Part shown: piece by piece, positions 27,217-38,296 of the stretch
Position numbering within the stretch: position 1 is the first letter of the stretch
How the letters are laid out: the number at the start of each line of letters is the position of its first letter
From: a virus
DNA length: 64,000 bases
Strand: one strand, 5' to 3'
IMG/VR virus record: IMGVR_UViG_3300035188_001379
Span: 120,466 to 184,465 of that record
Translations under genes and position numbers: made by a program
The notes under the pieces: model-generated
What the model was told of the DNA's origin: nothing
Seen by the model: the letters and a program-made list of their open reading frames with translations, nothing else
Databases searched by the model: none

Positions 27217-27258
27217 GTGTAGTACCGGTTAAAAAAATAAACCCAGCTCAATATAATT

Positions 27259-28800
27259 ATGAAAGATACAACAGGATTATTACCGTTTCAATGGCCAGGT
27301 ACATGGTTAGCTTCAGGCAACTCGCCTATCGTTTTAGACTCTGATATCAGAGGTACACTACAAAGTATTGCCGGAGGAAGCACAGAAAAGCTCACTTCTC
27401 TGTCAGGCACAAGACTCAGTGAAGGGATGCTTGTTTATGTCAAAGAGTCGTACACTGCGTCTGAACCAGGGGCGACTCCAAGCGATCCACAGGTACAATA
27501 TGCAAGAGAGGGAGGGCAATATTACCAATATCGTGCTGGCGGAGCTACGAGAGATGCTAACGGTGCGTTCCCTAACAATTCTGAGTCTTACTGGCACGTT
27601 TTAGGTCTTGCTGGCGACAAGGGAGACCCTGGAGTTTCTTCGAGCATCTACAAGTATAAGGCAGAGACAACGGCTACTTTTGACGCTGACGACGCGACAA
27701 AGATTCCAGGTGCTGCGCAGATCATGTGGAGCAGTGCGGGACCCAACCAGAAGAGCGCAGAGTACATTTATGTGTCTCACAAGACAAGCGATACGCTTGA
27801 TATCGATAACTTCCTCAGCTTGTTGCAAGCTACGCAACCTATCCTCATTCAGAACGCTACAAATAGCGAAAGCTACCAGAAGTTTACTATCACAGGGGCA
27901 CCCACCAGAGTAGTTAAACCAAACGGAGCTAGCTCAATCGTCTATTGGAGTATTCCTGTCGAAGAAACCTCAAGCTCAGGTTTAGCGGCTACAGCGGGTT
28001 TCAGTGACGAAGACGACATTTTGCTTGTTGTCGTTTCTGGTGCAAGAGGCGAGCAAGGCCCTCAGGGAGAATCGGCAACTATTGTTGGAAAGACAAGGAA
28101 CACTTTGTTTACAACTGAGCTTGTCGATGCAAATGATCCGACGCAGGGAGTTAAGAAAGAATACGGCCCCTTGACAGGCTGGACGGCTAACGACCATGAG
28201 GCTTTTATTGTTAAGCTTGGCGGCGTCATTCTTACAGGCGGCACTGACAAAACAGGAGCTAACGCAAAAGGCTATGTAATCGAAGGTACTACACAACAGT
28301 CTAGTAAGGTTGTACTGACCGAAGAGCCTAGTGTAGGCTATGAGCTTGAAGTGCGGGCTATCTCTGTAGGTGCGGCTGCTACCACTTTGAGTGGTACGCT
28401 TTCTTCACCTATTCGTGAAGTGGCCAAAACAGATATCAATGTAATTCCTGCAGAAACTCGTCTCGATCTCGGATTACAGCAGGTCTATCTGTACCCTGGA
28501 GACGCACCAGCTCTTTTCAGCCTCAACCTTAAGCACACCGAGAGCAACAACTTAAATGCTTTGATGCAGATCGGTGAAGCTATCGGAGCTACCGTTATGG
28601 TGGGAGCAGGCACTACAGGCACTCTTCCTGCGTTAGGAAACGTGCAGATTGATGGAGTCACACAAGCAGTTAAATGGGTTAACAGCACAAAGACTCTTAC
28701 AGCCGGCAAGTTGAACATCATCAGCCTCACAGTAATCAAGACAGCAAATGACGCATTCACTGTTGTTGGTTCTGTTGTTGCTGCTGGAACTCCTGCCTAA
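27259..28800 (+). CDS. Tail-fibre-like protein with short collagen-like G-X-Y segments
   Basis: GDKGDPG and GARGEQGPQGE; C-terminal QIDG...VKW...SLTVIKTANDAFTVVGS resembles fibre C-termini of T4-like aquatic phages. Confidence 0.65.
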   Translation: MKDTTGLLPFQWPGTWLASGNSPIVLDSDIRGTLQSIAGGSTEKLTSLSGTRLSEGMLVYVKESYTASEPGATPSDPQVQYAREGGQYYQYRAGGATRDANGAFPNNSESYWHVLGLAGDKGDPGVSSSIYKYKAETTATFDADDATKIPGAAQIMWSSAGPNQKSAEYIYVSHKTSDTLDIDNFLSLLQATQPILIQNATNSESYQKFTITGAPTRVVKPNGASSIVYWSIPVEETSSSGLAATAGFSDEDDILLVVVSGARGEQGPQGESATIVGKTRNTLFTTELVDANDPTQGVKKEYGPLTGWTANDHEAFIVKLGGVILTGGTDKTGANAKGYVIEGTTQQSSKVVLTEEPSVGYELEVRAISVGAAATTLSGTLSSPIREVAKTDINVIPAETRLDLGLQQVYLYPGDAPALFSLNLKHTESNNLNALMQIGEAIGATVMVGAGTTGTLPALGNVQIDGVTQAVKWVNSTKTLTAGKLNIISLTVIKTANDAFTVVGSVVAAGTPA

Positions 28801-28864
28801 TTGGCAGATAACAACGACAGGGCGCAGAATCATGGGCTGCGCCCTGTCTAACCAATATTTATTT

Positions 28865-29266
28865 ATGCCTTTCATCACATCTGTAGGTTCAGCTAACTCG
28901 TTTGGCTTTGGATTGTCTTATATCAAAAAGTACATAGAGACTCTCTGGATATACGTTTCTAGTGGGAATGCCGCATGGGCAACTCAAGCCAACTGGTATA
29001 AAGACGAACAACACACTGTAGCGGCAGGTAAGCTTCCTGCAGCTACGAATGCGGCTGTTTTATTGAGTGACGCTACTGCAGATGTGGAAACTTGGACGGC
29101 CCCAGAGAGTATTGAATTAAATGGAAATACTCTAACTCTACAGGCGCACACTTTTACTACTAACCCTGCGTGTGCCCCTATAGTCACAATATCTGTCGAT
29201 ATAACTAATTCTCAAGGACCGACAACTTCTTTAAATCTTGTAGGACACATACAGACTGCTGCATAA
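28865..29266 (+). CDS. Small fibre-associated protein
   Basis: MPFITSVGSANSFGFG start at ATG 28865; the track start overlaps the upstream gene. Confidence 0.55.
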   Translation: MPFITSVGSANSFGFGLSYIKKYIETLWIYVSSGNAAWATQANWYKDEQHTVAAGKLPAATNAAVLLSDATADVETWTAPESIELNGNTLTLQAHTFTTNPACAPIVTISVDITNSQGPTTSLNLVGHIQTAA

Positions 29267-29285
29267 TAAGCCAAAACTTAATTTT

Positions 29286-32200
29286 ATGTCTAAAACTTTT
29301 ACAAATATCACTGTCAACGTCGGTAATGGGGCAATAAACAACAGACCTATCGTTAATGGGTCTGCAGTTATCGCTACAGGAGGCAGAAACAATGCTACAG
29401 TAGCAGGATCTGTGGTACTCAACGGAGGGCTTAACTCTAATACAGCGGTAGTCACTGGCACACTCACCATAAACAGTGGAGCAAACAATGCCCCTGTTGT
29501 AGGTGCAGCCACAATTAGCGGAGGAACAAACACTGGAACAATTACAGGCCCAGCCACAATTGATGGAGGAGACAACCTAGGTGCAATCGCAGGAGCAGTT
29601 ACAATCTCTAGCGGAACTAACGCGGCAGCTATTACTGTAGGACCTGTCACAATCAGTGGAGGCTCTAACTCTGGAACCATCGCTGCAGCAACGGTCATCA
29701 GCGGTGGCGCTAATTCTGGAGCAATTACTGGCGCTGTTACAATTTCTAATGGAACAAATACAGGAGCAATTACAGGCCCAGCGACAATCAGTGGAGGGTC
29801 TAACTCTGCACCTATTACAGGAGCTGCTATAGTTAGTGGAGGAGATAACTCAGGAGCTGTTACAGGAGCTGTCACAATTTCTAGCGGAACTAACTCTGGG
29901 CCTGTAACAGGACCAGTTAATATCACTGGAGGAACAAACACAGGAGCAGTCGCTGGAGCAGTTACAATCAGCGGAGGCTCTAACTCTGCAGCCGTTACCG
30001 GCACAGTTCTTGTGAGTGGAGGAACAAATACAGGCACTGTAACTGGTAGTGTGCGTGTCACAAATGGCGGCACACAGAACGGGCCAGTGGTCGGTAATCT
30101 CTATATAGAAGCAGGGGGCACTATATCTGGCGATACAACTATTTCTGGAGGAGGGAAAGTTTATGCCGCTGCTAACGTAGATACGGCTGCGGCTCTGTCG
30201 CTAATTCCAACTTTTACAGGTACTGTAGTACAGACAACGCAGAACGGAGTACTTACGTCAACCACCTACACAGGGGGAACACCTGGAGCAACTGCGCCTG
30301 TTACAGGGATTTTCTATAATCTTGAAGGAGGCAGCAACGCAGGGAAAGCTTATAGCTATAACGAGCAAGGTGAACCTACGCCAGTCAATACGCCTAAGTT
30401 CAATCTTACAGGAGACGGTAAGGCTTATAACTGGAATAACGGCGTCAAAGGGAGCTTGTTTACTGGTGTTATCGACGGTGTTACCTATACAAACGGTGTT
30501 GAAGGTACTGGAGGCGGTGGTGGAGGTGCTTCTTACAATGAATACGCTGTAACCTTTGAGGGCAGCTCAGGTACGCTTTATACGAGTTTGAGCGATACAG
30601 TCACCTCAGGCACTGTTTATAGCGACTCCGCATTGAATCTTCCATTCACAGGGGCTTTTGAATACAACTCTGTTTGGTATTATGCTGACGCTGGTGTACC
30701 CAACACCTACAGAGCTTATGGTGTATCGGGCGATACCAACGGAGGTGTACTTTACAGCTATCCAGTATTTAACGCAGAACCTGACGAGTTTATCTACACC
30801 AACACAGCGCTCACAGCAAAGTACACCGGAGAATATCAATACCAGGGAGTGTTTTATTACGCTGAAGACGGTGTGGTAGGACAACTTAAACCTGTCACAG
30901 TAACAGGGGACAGTAATGACGGAGTACTGTATATCGCTGCAGACAGCGGTATTTCGGTAGGAGCGACAGGCTCTCCTGTGTTTACAGACTTTACAGGAGA
31001 TACGCCGTACGAAGGGCCATTTGTATATAACGGAGCTTATTTCCGAGCAAACAATGCCGGGGCTTGGACTGCTTTTGATGGTGTAGCGCAGGCTGCTATT
31101 AACGGCTCATATTATAATGTAGTTAATGGCAGCTTAGACTTAGCTTCGACAAACTACGCTGTTGGAGTTAAATTATTTTTTGCTGACAACAGGTACTACA
31201 CTTTTGATGGAGATGGTTTAGCTGGAATCGCTTTTAATGGGGCTGTAGACGCAGAAAACTCGTGGTATGAGGTTGTAAACGGGCTCTCTGTGGGGTTGTT
31301 TAATGGTATAGCCAAAGACGCTGATAATAATTATATCAAGATTACCAGCGGCAGTAACGTGGGGCAGAACATCCCTGATGGAGGCCATAAATTTGCTGAA
31401 GACGGACTTTACTACTTATTTGAAAATGGGCAGCTTGTTCGACTCTTCGAAGGCGGTGCACCGGGAGCTAACGGCACGTACTACAAAGTAGATCAAGGGG
31501 TTTTGACTTCAAATGTTTTTGCAGGCGCAGGCTATAACCAATGGGGGCAAGCCATGGATTTTAATGGAGGCCTGAGCGGAATTGCGACAAGAGGCTATAA
31601 GCAGCTTGTAAGCGACGGCAGACATTATTACTTTAATACCATCTATGGCGGTGGCCCTGCTATTAAGCAAACCGTAGCTATACTTACTCCAGATGGCTAT
31701 CGTGTTGCAGACGACGGTTTTGTAACAGACGAAGTCTTTTCTGGATTATACCAGGAGTTTTTTGATGCGGGTCAGTATGCCGACGGCTCGCGATATCTGA
31801 TGATTAATAATGGTAGTGGCGGTATTTTTAGTGGTACTGCTTACGACCAAGTCACAGGCTTAGTTCTTAAAATTGTGAACGGCGAGTCTCTAGGAGGACA
31901 CACCTCGGTGTTTGCAGACAGCTATATTGATGGGGATGGTGCGTTTGTAAACTATAATATATCTGAGCTCTATGAGGGATATTATTATAATAATGGTCTT
32001 CCTTATAACGGGTTAATTGGTTTCAGTACCCCTGTAACTGATGAATATAACGTAGTCGTAGGTACGTCACAAGGGGCAGGGTCTTTTGCGTTTTACTTGG
32101 GCTGGCCTGAAGGGGAGATTGCCTCAGGGGCTACGGCAAAATGTACGACAATATCTGTAAGCGCTAACGGCAACGTGATGACAATTGCAGGTGACGTGGA

Positions 32201-35200
32201 CTATGGGGGTCTTTCCTCGTATCCGTCAAAAATGGTCCTGTACAATGCTCAGGTTTCTGGCAACGTGCGTGCCATCGCTAACGGTAATAATTTAATGGGG
32301 TCTCCTGCAGGTGTGGGCGGCGACTTCAATTGTAACAATCTCGGTATTACTAGCCTAAAAGGCGCCCCAATTACCGTAGCGGGAACCTTTAATTGTTCAT
32401 ACAACTATCTCACTAGCTTGCAATATAGCCCAACTGCTGTAGGAATCTTCAATTGCTTTCACAACCAGCTCAACAGCTTGCAAGGTGCTCCAGCTGTGGT
32501 CAACGGATTCAATTGTGGAATCAACCAGCTCGCCAGCTTGCAAGGTGTTCCAGCTACGGTATACGGAGATTTTGACTGCTCAGGTAACCAGCTCACCAGC
32601 CTGCAAGGTTCTCCAGCAACTGTAACAGGAAATTACATTTGCTCCAACAATAGCCTCACTAGCTTACAGGGTGTTTTAGCTAGCGTACAGGGAGATTTTG
32701 ACTGCACTACCAATCAACTCACTAGCCTGCAGGGCGCTCCAGCCATGGGCGGGAACGGGTCCTTTTACTGTAGCGACAATCAGCTCACAACCTTACAGGG
32801 AGCTCCTACAGAAGTACGGGGTAACTTTATGTGTGTTGGCAACCAGCTCACCAGCTTGCAAGGTGCTCCGGCTGTGGTACAGGGTGTATTTAATTGCTCT
32901 GATAATCTAATTACTAGCTTGCAAGGAGGACCAACTAGCATACCTGGAGTTTACAATATAGGTCAGTACATTTGCGCCAACAATCAGCTTACTAGCTTAC
33001 AGGGTGCTCCAACTACAGTAATTTTCTATTTTGATTGCGGCTACAACCAGCTCACTAATTTAGTAGGCGGCCCTGTAACTGTTCTTAACGGCTCCTATAA
33101 CTTCAGCCATAACCCCTTATTGACCAGTTTGAGTGGGTCCCCAGACAATGTAAATGCAGGTACTGTCTATTATAACAACACAGGATTAACATTACCTACA
33201 GTTGCCGCCTCTGTCGGAGGAACCTTGTTTATATATTCTGTAAGTGGTGTTGGACGCCAGGCTGTAGCGGCAACTGGAGGAACCCCCACAAGCTTTGCTT
33301 ACTACCTCGACGGAGTATTGAGTAACTCGTTTACAACAACCACTCCTACAAAAGCTGTAGATAACGGAAATTTTTACACCTACACTAACGGAGTACCTAC
33401 TTTTGAAAAAGCAGGAGTTATTGCAGGTAGAACAGTGACATATTCTGACGGACAGTATCGTATTACTGGCGACATTTCGATCCAGTCGCAGATGGCCCAG
33501 CTACCTGACTTTAGTGGTATACACTTGAATGGAAGTTTCTATTGTGGCGGTAAGGGACTTACAAGTCTACAAGGTGCACCAGCACAAGTTACTGGGAGTT
33601 TTCATTGCCAGGGCAACCCTATTACAAATCTACAAGGAGCGCCATCGTATGTCGGTGGAGATCTTGTCTGCGGAGAATTTGCGACGTTTACGAGCCTGCA
33701 AGGAGGACCTACCACTGTCGGCGGTTACTTTAGGTGTCGTAACAGTCAAATTACCAGCTTACAGTACGGCCCAACTACCGTAGGAGGTGATTACATTTGC
33801 GACAACAATCAGCTTACTAGTATACAGGGAGCTCCTACATCCTTAACTCGTGTTTTCCTTTGCAACAACAATCAAATCACTAGCTTACAGGGAGGACCAA
33901 CAGGGTGGATATCTGGTTATAATTGTTCCTACAATCAGCTCACTAACTTGCAGGGTGCTCCGTCGAATATAGGTGAAGGCTTTAATTGCAGCAATAACCC
34001 GCTAACCAGTTTACAGGGCGCTCCTGGCACTGTGTTAAACTTTGACTGCAGTTATACAAACATCACTGGCTTAGATATGGGGCCATTGCAAGGAATTCGC
34101 TCGTATACTTGCACAAATACGAAGATCACCTCATTAATCGGAGCCCCTAGTGTGGTGGGTACCGTAAATTCATCTAACCCCGGAGGATTCTATTGTAACA
34201 ATAATGCGTTCCTCACCACGCTAATCGGTTCACCACATACAGTATATGGTGCGTTTAGCTGTCATAGCTGCAGTAGTCTCACAAGCTTTCAAGGAGCACC
34301 TGACACAGTTACAGGGCTGTTTAACTTTACAACTTCAGTAATAAGCTTGCCTAAGGCGTTCTTGACTGCCACAGAAAAGGCTGCAATATACGCTGCATCA
34401 GGAGTAACCAGATTATCCCCAAACCCATCAGGATCTCTTCTAAGTATAGGTTACTTTACCCCTTCAGGGCGAGACGAGAGTTACTCAAGCACTGTCCCAC
34501 AAAAGGCAGAAGATTCCAATTATTATCTGTATTCCAACGGCTACGCTATTTTTGATAGAGTGGGTACGGTGGCAGGGATCGAGCTACAATACGCTAATGG
34601 ACGATACGAGACCATTGGTAGTGTAAGCTTGTCAAATAGAGGATTGACTGCTTTGCCTGACTTCACTGGCGTACACATTAAAGGGTCGTTCAGTTGCAAT
34701 AATAACTTACTTACTGATTTACAAAAAGCACCAGCAAGCATTCAAGGAGATTTCAACTGCTCCTATAATCAGATCACTTATCTGCGCTGCCCCACTACTA
34801 GCGTTGGAGGAGCTTTTAATTGCGGTAATAACCCACTTATTAACTTATACGACATGCCTCCAGTAATTTCTGGAGCAGTACAATACGCTAATACACCGAA
34901 TGTAACACCGTTACCTGGGCTGCATCTTGACAACACAGGTGTGTGGTGGATATATAACGCTTCTAGGACTGGTCGAACTCTAGCTATTCCTGCTACAGGT
35001 TCGAGAGCTCTAAGCATAGGTTATTATGTAAATGGTGAGCTAGCTACAAGTTACACGTCAAATACTCCTACAAAAGCAGAAGATAACAATTTCTACACAT
35101 ACAGCCAGGGAAGTCCAAATTTACACAGAGTAGGCACGGTTGCTGGGTATGTTTTGGATTACGAGGCAGGAGAGTATGTTTATAATGGTAACGTTGATTT

Positions 35201-35873
35201 GATGTCTCGCGGACTAACCTCTTTACCTAATTTTAGCGGAGTATATGTTAAAGGAAACTTCTACTGCGGGCTTAATCAACTTACGAGTCTAACTGGAGCT
35301 CCGTCCAGAGTGCTTTACCATTTTGGATGCCAGGGCAATCAGCTCACAAGTTTACAGGGCGCTCCTTCGGTTGTAGGATTAAGCTACGATTGCTCAGTTA
35401 ATCAGCTCACTAGCCTACAGTATTGTGCGACTACCATAGGAGGCGACTTTAGATGCCACAATAATCAGCTCACTAGCCTGCAATATGGACCTACAAGTGT
35501 ATCTGGAGATTTTCTTATAAGTAACAACCAGATTACTAGCTTGCAATACATGCCGACTACACTAGGAGGAGGAATACACGCATCTTCTAATTTACTCGCT
35601 AGCCTGCAATACTGCCCAGCAACTGTAAACGGAGCCTTTAATGTTTCCAATAATCGGCTCACTAGCCTGCAATACGGACCTGCCACAGTAACAAGCTTCT
35701 ACAATTGCGCTAATAACTTAATTAGCAATATGCAATATGCTCCGTCAAGTGTACCAGAACAATACATTACATATGGTCCGAATCCAAATCTCGCCCTACC
35801 CAGAACTGACGCAGATGTTGCAGGAGTGCTCTGGAATTACGGGGCTGCAGGATATATGAGAACCCGAGCCTAG
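29286..35873 (+). CDS. 2195-aa repeat protein (beta-helix-like N-terminus plus four blocks of about 22-aa LRR-like repeats); probable fibre or adhesin
   Basis: GAVTISGGxNxG repeats at the N-terminus; many NQLTSLQGAPxxVxGxFxC repeats; three homologous spacer domains. Confidence 0.75.
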   Translation: MSKTFTNITVNVGNGAINNRPIVNGSAVIATGGRNNATVAGSVVLNGGLNSNTAVVTGTLTINSGANNAPVVGAATISGGTNTGTITGPATIDGGDNLGAIAGAVTISSGTNAAAITVGPVTISGGSNSGTIAAATVISGGANSGAITGAVTISNGTNTGAITGPATISGGSNSAPITGAAIVSGGDNSGAVTGAVTISSGTNSGPVTGPVNITGGTNTGAVAGAVTISGGSNSAAVTGTVLVSGGTNTGTVTGSVRVTNGGTQNGPVVGNLYIEAGGTISGDTTISGGGKVYAAANVDTAAALSLIPTFTGTVVQTTQNGVLTSTTYTGGTPGATAPVTGIFYNLEGGSNAGKAYSYNEQGEPTPVNTPKFNLTGDGKAYNWNNGVKGSLFTGVIDGVTYTNGVEGTGGGGGGASYNEYAVTFEGSSGTLYTSLSDTVTSGTVYSDSALNLPFTGAFEYNSVWYYADAGVPNTYRAYGVSGDTNGGVLYSYPVFNAEPDEFIYTNTALTAKYTGEYQYQGVFYYAEDGVVGQLKPVTVTGDSNDGVLYIAADSGISVGATGSPVFTDFTGDTPYEGPFVYNGAYFRANNAGAWTAFDGVAQAAINGSYYNVVNGSLDLASTNYAVGVKLFFADNRYYTFDGDGLAGIAFNGAVDAENSWYEVVNGLSVGLFNGIAKDADNNYIKITSGSNVGQNIPDGGHKFAEDGLYYLFENGQLVRLFEGGAPGANGTYYKVDQGVLTSNVFAGAGYNQWGQAMDFNGGLSGIATRGYKQLVSDGRHYYFNTIYGGGPAIKQTVAILTPDGYRVADDGFVTDEVFSGLYQEFFDAGQYADGSRYLMINNGSGGIFSGTAYDQVTGLVLKIVNGESLGGHTSVFADSYIDGDGAFVNYNISELYEGYYYNNGLPYNGLIGFSTPVTDEYNVVVGTSQGAGSFAFYLGWPEGEIASGATAKCTTISVSANGNVMTIAGDVDYGGLSSYPSKMVLYNAQVSGNVRAIANGNNLMGSPAGVGGDFNCNNLGITSLKGAPITVAGTFNCSYNYLTSLQYSPTAVGIFNCFHNQLNSLQGAPAVVNGFNCGINQLASLQGVPATVYGDFDCSGNQLTSLQGSPATVTGNYICSNNSLTSLQGVLASVQGDFDCTTNQLTSLQGAPAMGGNGSFYCSDNQLTTLQGAPTEVRGNFMCVGNQLTSLQGAPAVVQGVFNCSDNLITSLQGGPTSIPGVYNIGQYICANNQLTSLQGAPTTVIFYFDCGYNQLTNLVGGPVTVLNGSYNFSHNPLLTSLSGSPDNVNAGTVYYNNTGLTLPTVAASVGGTLFIYSVSGVGRQAVAATGGTPTSFAYYLDGVLSNSFTTTTPTKAVDNGNFYTYTNGVPTFEKAGVIAGRTVTYSDGQYRITGDISIQSQMAQLPDFSGIHLNGSFYCGGKGLTSLQGAPAQVTGSFHCQGNPITNLQGAPSYVGGDLVCGEFATFTSLQGGPTTVGGYFRCRNSQITSLQYGPTTVGGDYICDNNQLTSIQGAPTSLTRVFLCNNNQITSLQGGPTGWISGYNCSYNQLTNLQGAPSNIGEGFNCSNNPLTSLQGAPGTVLNFDCSYTNITGLDMGPLQGIRSYTCTNTKITSLIGAPSVVGTVNSSNPGGFYCNNNAFLTTLIGSPHTVYGAFSCHSCSSLTSFQGAPDTVTGLFNFTTSVISLPKAFLTATEKAAIYAASGVTRLSPNPSGSLLSIGYFTPSGRDESYSSTVPQKAEDSNYYLYSNGYAIFDRVGTVAGIELQYANGRYETIGSVSLSNRGLTALPDFTGVHIKGSFSCNNNLLTDLQKAPASIQGDFNCSYNQITYLRCPTTSVGGAFNCGNNPLINLYDMPPVISGAVQYANTPNVTPLPGLHLDNTGVWWIYNASRTGRTLAIPATGSRALSIGYYVNGELATSYTSNTPTKAEDNNFYTYSQGSPNLHRVGTVAGYVLDYEAGEYVYNGNVDLMSRGLTSLPNFSGVYVKGNFYCGLNQLTSLTGAPSRVLYHFGCQGNQLTSLQGAPSVVGLSYDCSVNQLTSLQYCATTIGGDFRCHNNQLTSLQYGPTSVSGDFLISNNQITSLQYMPTTLGGGIHASSNLLASLQYCPATVNGAFNVSNNRLTSLQYGPATVTSFYNCANNLISNMQYAPSSVPEQYITYGPNPNLALPRTDADVAGVLWNYGAAGYMRTRA

Positions 35874-35884
35874 GTAAAAAGCGT

Positions 35885-35979
35885 CTATAGTTAAGCAGAA
35901 GACTTGAACTGCTTAACTATAGTCAGTAATAAAAATATAACTGCCTGCTTGATACTATTCAGGCAGGCAGTTATATTTT
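35885..35979. other. Two adjacent long inverted repeats
   Basis: CTATAGTTAAGCAG/CTGCTTAACTATAG (14 bp perfect) and a 21-bp stem (35932-35952 with 35959-35979) with one G-U pair. Confidence 0.75.
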
Positions 35980-35990
35980 GTAATTAACGT

Positions 35991-37388
35991 ATGCGTGTAA
36001 CTATACCTAAAGAAATAAAAGAAAACCTGGAACAGCTGACCAGCGTTATGATTAACCTGGATGATGTAGCTACTCCAGGCAGAGTCATACCGCAGATTTT
36101 ACCAATAGCTTACGTAGCGCAAAACGATTATGCCGAGGTACTAGACTATTTGTGGCAAAGTTGCTCGTACATAAGGTACATAGTTAAGTACAAAGACGGC
36201 ACAGAAAGCATTATCAGTTTTGATTCTAAAGAAAAAGCGGCATACACGCAAACAGCCAACAGAAGCGAACGGGAGGTTCACGGTTTTGATGAAATTAATC
36301 CTAGAGAAATGCTCGGTTGGTATTTTGGACGCCCGCCGCGTGAGTACAGTTATAGCAAAGCGAACATCGTTAATGGTGAATTTTTAGATGCGTTAGATTC
36401 TTGTAGGCTTATTAAAGGAATCGAGCTGCCCGCTACAGGAGTTTTTCGACTCAAGAACGGAGTGGTGTCTTCTAGGGGATTAGTTTATTCTTACGACCTA
36501 AGACAACGCTATTTAGAGCTATCTAGATTCTCATCTTTAGATGAAGTTAACAAAGACGAGGCTGAGCTAAAAATTTATCTAGGTAAAAAACTAGATCGAC
36601 TGTGTCCAAACACATCGGCCAGGTACTATAAAGGTAGAGCATTAAATCTATACACATTCTTCAGTAATTATAATTTTTGTCACGGGTTTTTAGATGTATG
36701 TGCACTATTAAGCTCTTGCTACTCAGTAGGTATTGATTTTAAAGAGTTTGATTGGTTTGTGGTACCTGAAAATAATTTTAGTCTTACCCAAGGACTTTTC
36801 GATAGACTAGGTATAGATAAAACAAAAAAGCTAGTCACAGGCGAAATTAAAGTAGAGGACAAAGTACAAGCGAGAGACTATAGCTTGATGTTTGATGAGT
36901 TAGTCACGCCTTCTTTTGATGGCTTTTGTGGCTATTATGCTCCGCATGCTTTCGATTTTATCAGATATCTTTACGCAGATGAACTAACCGCACTAGGAAA
37001 ACGTAGAAAAATTTATCTGAGTCGGGAAGGCTCAGTTAGAGGAGTGAGTAATGAGCAAGATCTTATCGAACTTTTAAAGAAATATGGCTTTGACGTGGTA
37101 AATAGCAGCACGCAAGCTAATATTCCTGAACTAATGAGTAATGCGTCTGTCATTATAGGCGCTCACGGAGCAGCGATGGCTAACTGCGTGTTTTGCTCTC
37201 CAGGCGCTCGGCTTATAGACTTGCTTCCTGCGGGCTATCCTTATCCGTATTATATGAGCTTGGCTGACTCGGTTGGGCTAGAATATACGGCATTTGTATG
37301 TAAGTCTAAAGGTAAAGGCGCGGCAACTAAAGCTGATTTTATGGTAGATATTCCTAGGTTGAAAGTGTTTCTCGACCAGACTTTATGA
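35991..37388 (+). CDS. Glycosyltransferase family 61 (DUF563-like) protein
   Basis: KIYLSR...VSNEQDL...ASVIIGAHGAAMANCVF...LIDL. Confidence 0.78.
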   Translation: MRVTIPKEIKENLEQLTSVMINLDDVATPGRVIPQILPIAYVAQNDYAEVLDYLWQSCSYIRYIVKYKDGTESIISFDSKEKAAYTQTANRSEREVHGFDEINPREMLGWYFGRPPREYSYSKANIVNGEFLDALDSCRLIKGIELPATGVFRLKNGVVSSRGLVYSYDLRQRYLELSRFSSLDEVNKDEAELKIYLGKKLDRLCPNTSARYYKGRALNLYTFFSNYNFCHGFLDVCALLSSCYSVGIDFKEFDWFVVPENNFSLTQGLFDRLGIDKTKKLVTGEIKVEDKVQARDYSLMFDELVTPSFDGFCGYYAPHAFDFIRYLYADELTALGKRRKIYLSREGSVRGVSNEQDLIELLKKYGFDVVNSSTQANIPELMSNASVIIGAHGAAMANCVFCSPGARLIDLLPAGYPYPYYMSLADSVGLEYTAFVCKSKGKGAATKADFMVDIPRLKVFLDQTL

Positions 37389-38296
37389 ACAACACTCTCT
37401 ACGTCGTAGTACCCTATTTTAATTTTGTAAACTATAAGCGGGGCCAGAAGAACCTCGACAGCTTTCTCGCTACTCTGCAGCATGCCCCTGGGATATCTGT
37501 AGTGCTTGTTGAAGGTTACAGAGAAGAGAGGCTTCCAAGCTATAGCGGAAGAGTGGCAAACCACGTACAAGTATATGTTCCGGATGTATTATGGGTTAAG
37601 GAAAATCTTATAAACATTGGATTTAGTTACCTGCCTGATGACTGGCAGTATGGCGGCTGGTTTGATAGAGATATAATGTTTTTAAACCCTAATTGGCTGC
37701 CTGAGACTATAGCCGCTCTAGAAGTTTCTGATATTGTTCAGCCATGGTCGCAGTGTCTTTACTTAAACAGCAGGCATGAGCATGCCCCTTTAGTTGTGCG
37801 TGATAATTCTTACACTTACGCAGAGAGCCTGACTGGACTGCTCTTAAGAAGAGAGGTTGATGCACAGAATCTGTATAAAGGTAAGCATACGCAGCCAGGA
37901 CAGGCGTGGACAATCAATAGGAAATATTACGATTATCTTGGAGGACTTTATGACAAAGCTATTCTAGGAGGAGCTGACTCACTGTGGTCTATAGGTTTGC
38001 TAGGTATTAAGAAATTCTGCGTGCTAGAAGGAATAGAAGAGGATGCTCAGGAATATCTAGCTAAAGTAAGTACAGCTGTTGTAGGGGCTACACGAGGAGC
38101 AATAGTGCATTACTATCACGGAGAAATTAAAAACAGGCAGTATGTTAGCCGTCACGACATACTCAAAAAGCACGGTTTCAACCCTAAAGACTTTTTGACG
38201 TACACACAAGAAGGTGTTCTACGCTACACTGAGGTGGGTAAAAATATGGAAACGGACGTAATTAATTATTTTCTTGGGCGCCAGGAAGACTTATGA
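37385..38296 (+). CDS. GT-A fold glycosyltransferase-like protein
   Basis: YVVVPYFN; LWVKENLINIG; WFDRDIMF (DxD). Confidence 0.65.
   Translation: MNNTLYVVVPYFNFVNYKRGQKNLDSFLATLQHAPGISVVLVEGYREERLPSYSGRVANHVQVYVPDVLWVKENLINIGFSYLPDDWQYGGWFDRDIMFLNPNWLPETIAALEVSDIVQPWSQCLYLNSRHEHAPLVVRDNSYTYAESLTGLLLRREVDAQNLYKGKHTQPGQAWTINRKYYDYLGGLYDKAILGGADSLWSIGLLGIKKFCVLEGIEEDAQEYLAKVSTAVVGATRGAIVHYYHGEIKNRQYVSRHDILKKHGFNPKDFLTYTQEGVLRYTEVGKNMETDVINYFLGRQEDL

Noticed and set aside
27615-28075. Collagen-like protein
   Set aside because: Only two very short G-X-Y runs; treated as linkers in a fibre protein.
29231-30073. 280-aa antisense ORF and the many other opposite-strand or nested ORFs in the track
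   Set aside because: Shadows of repetitive or biased coding sequence on the other strand; no motifs or independent signals.
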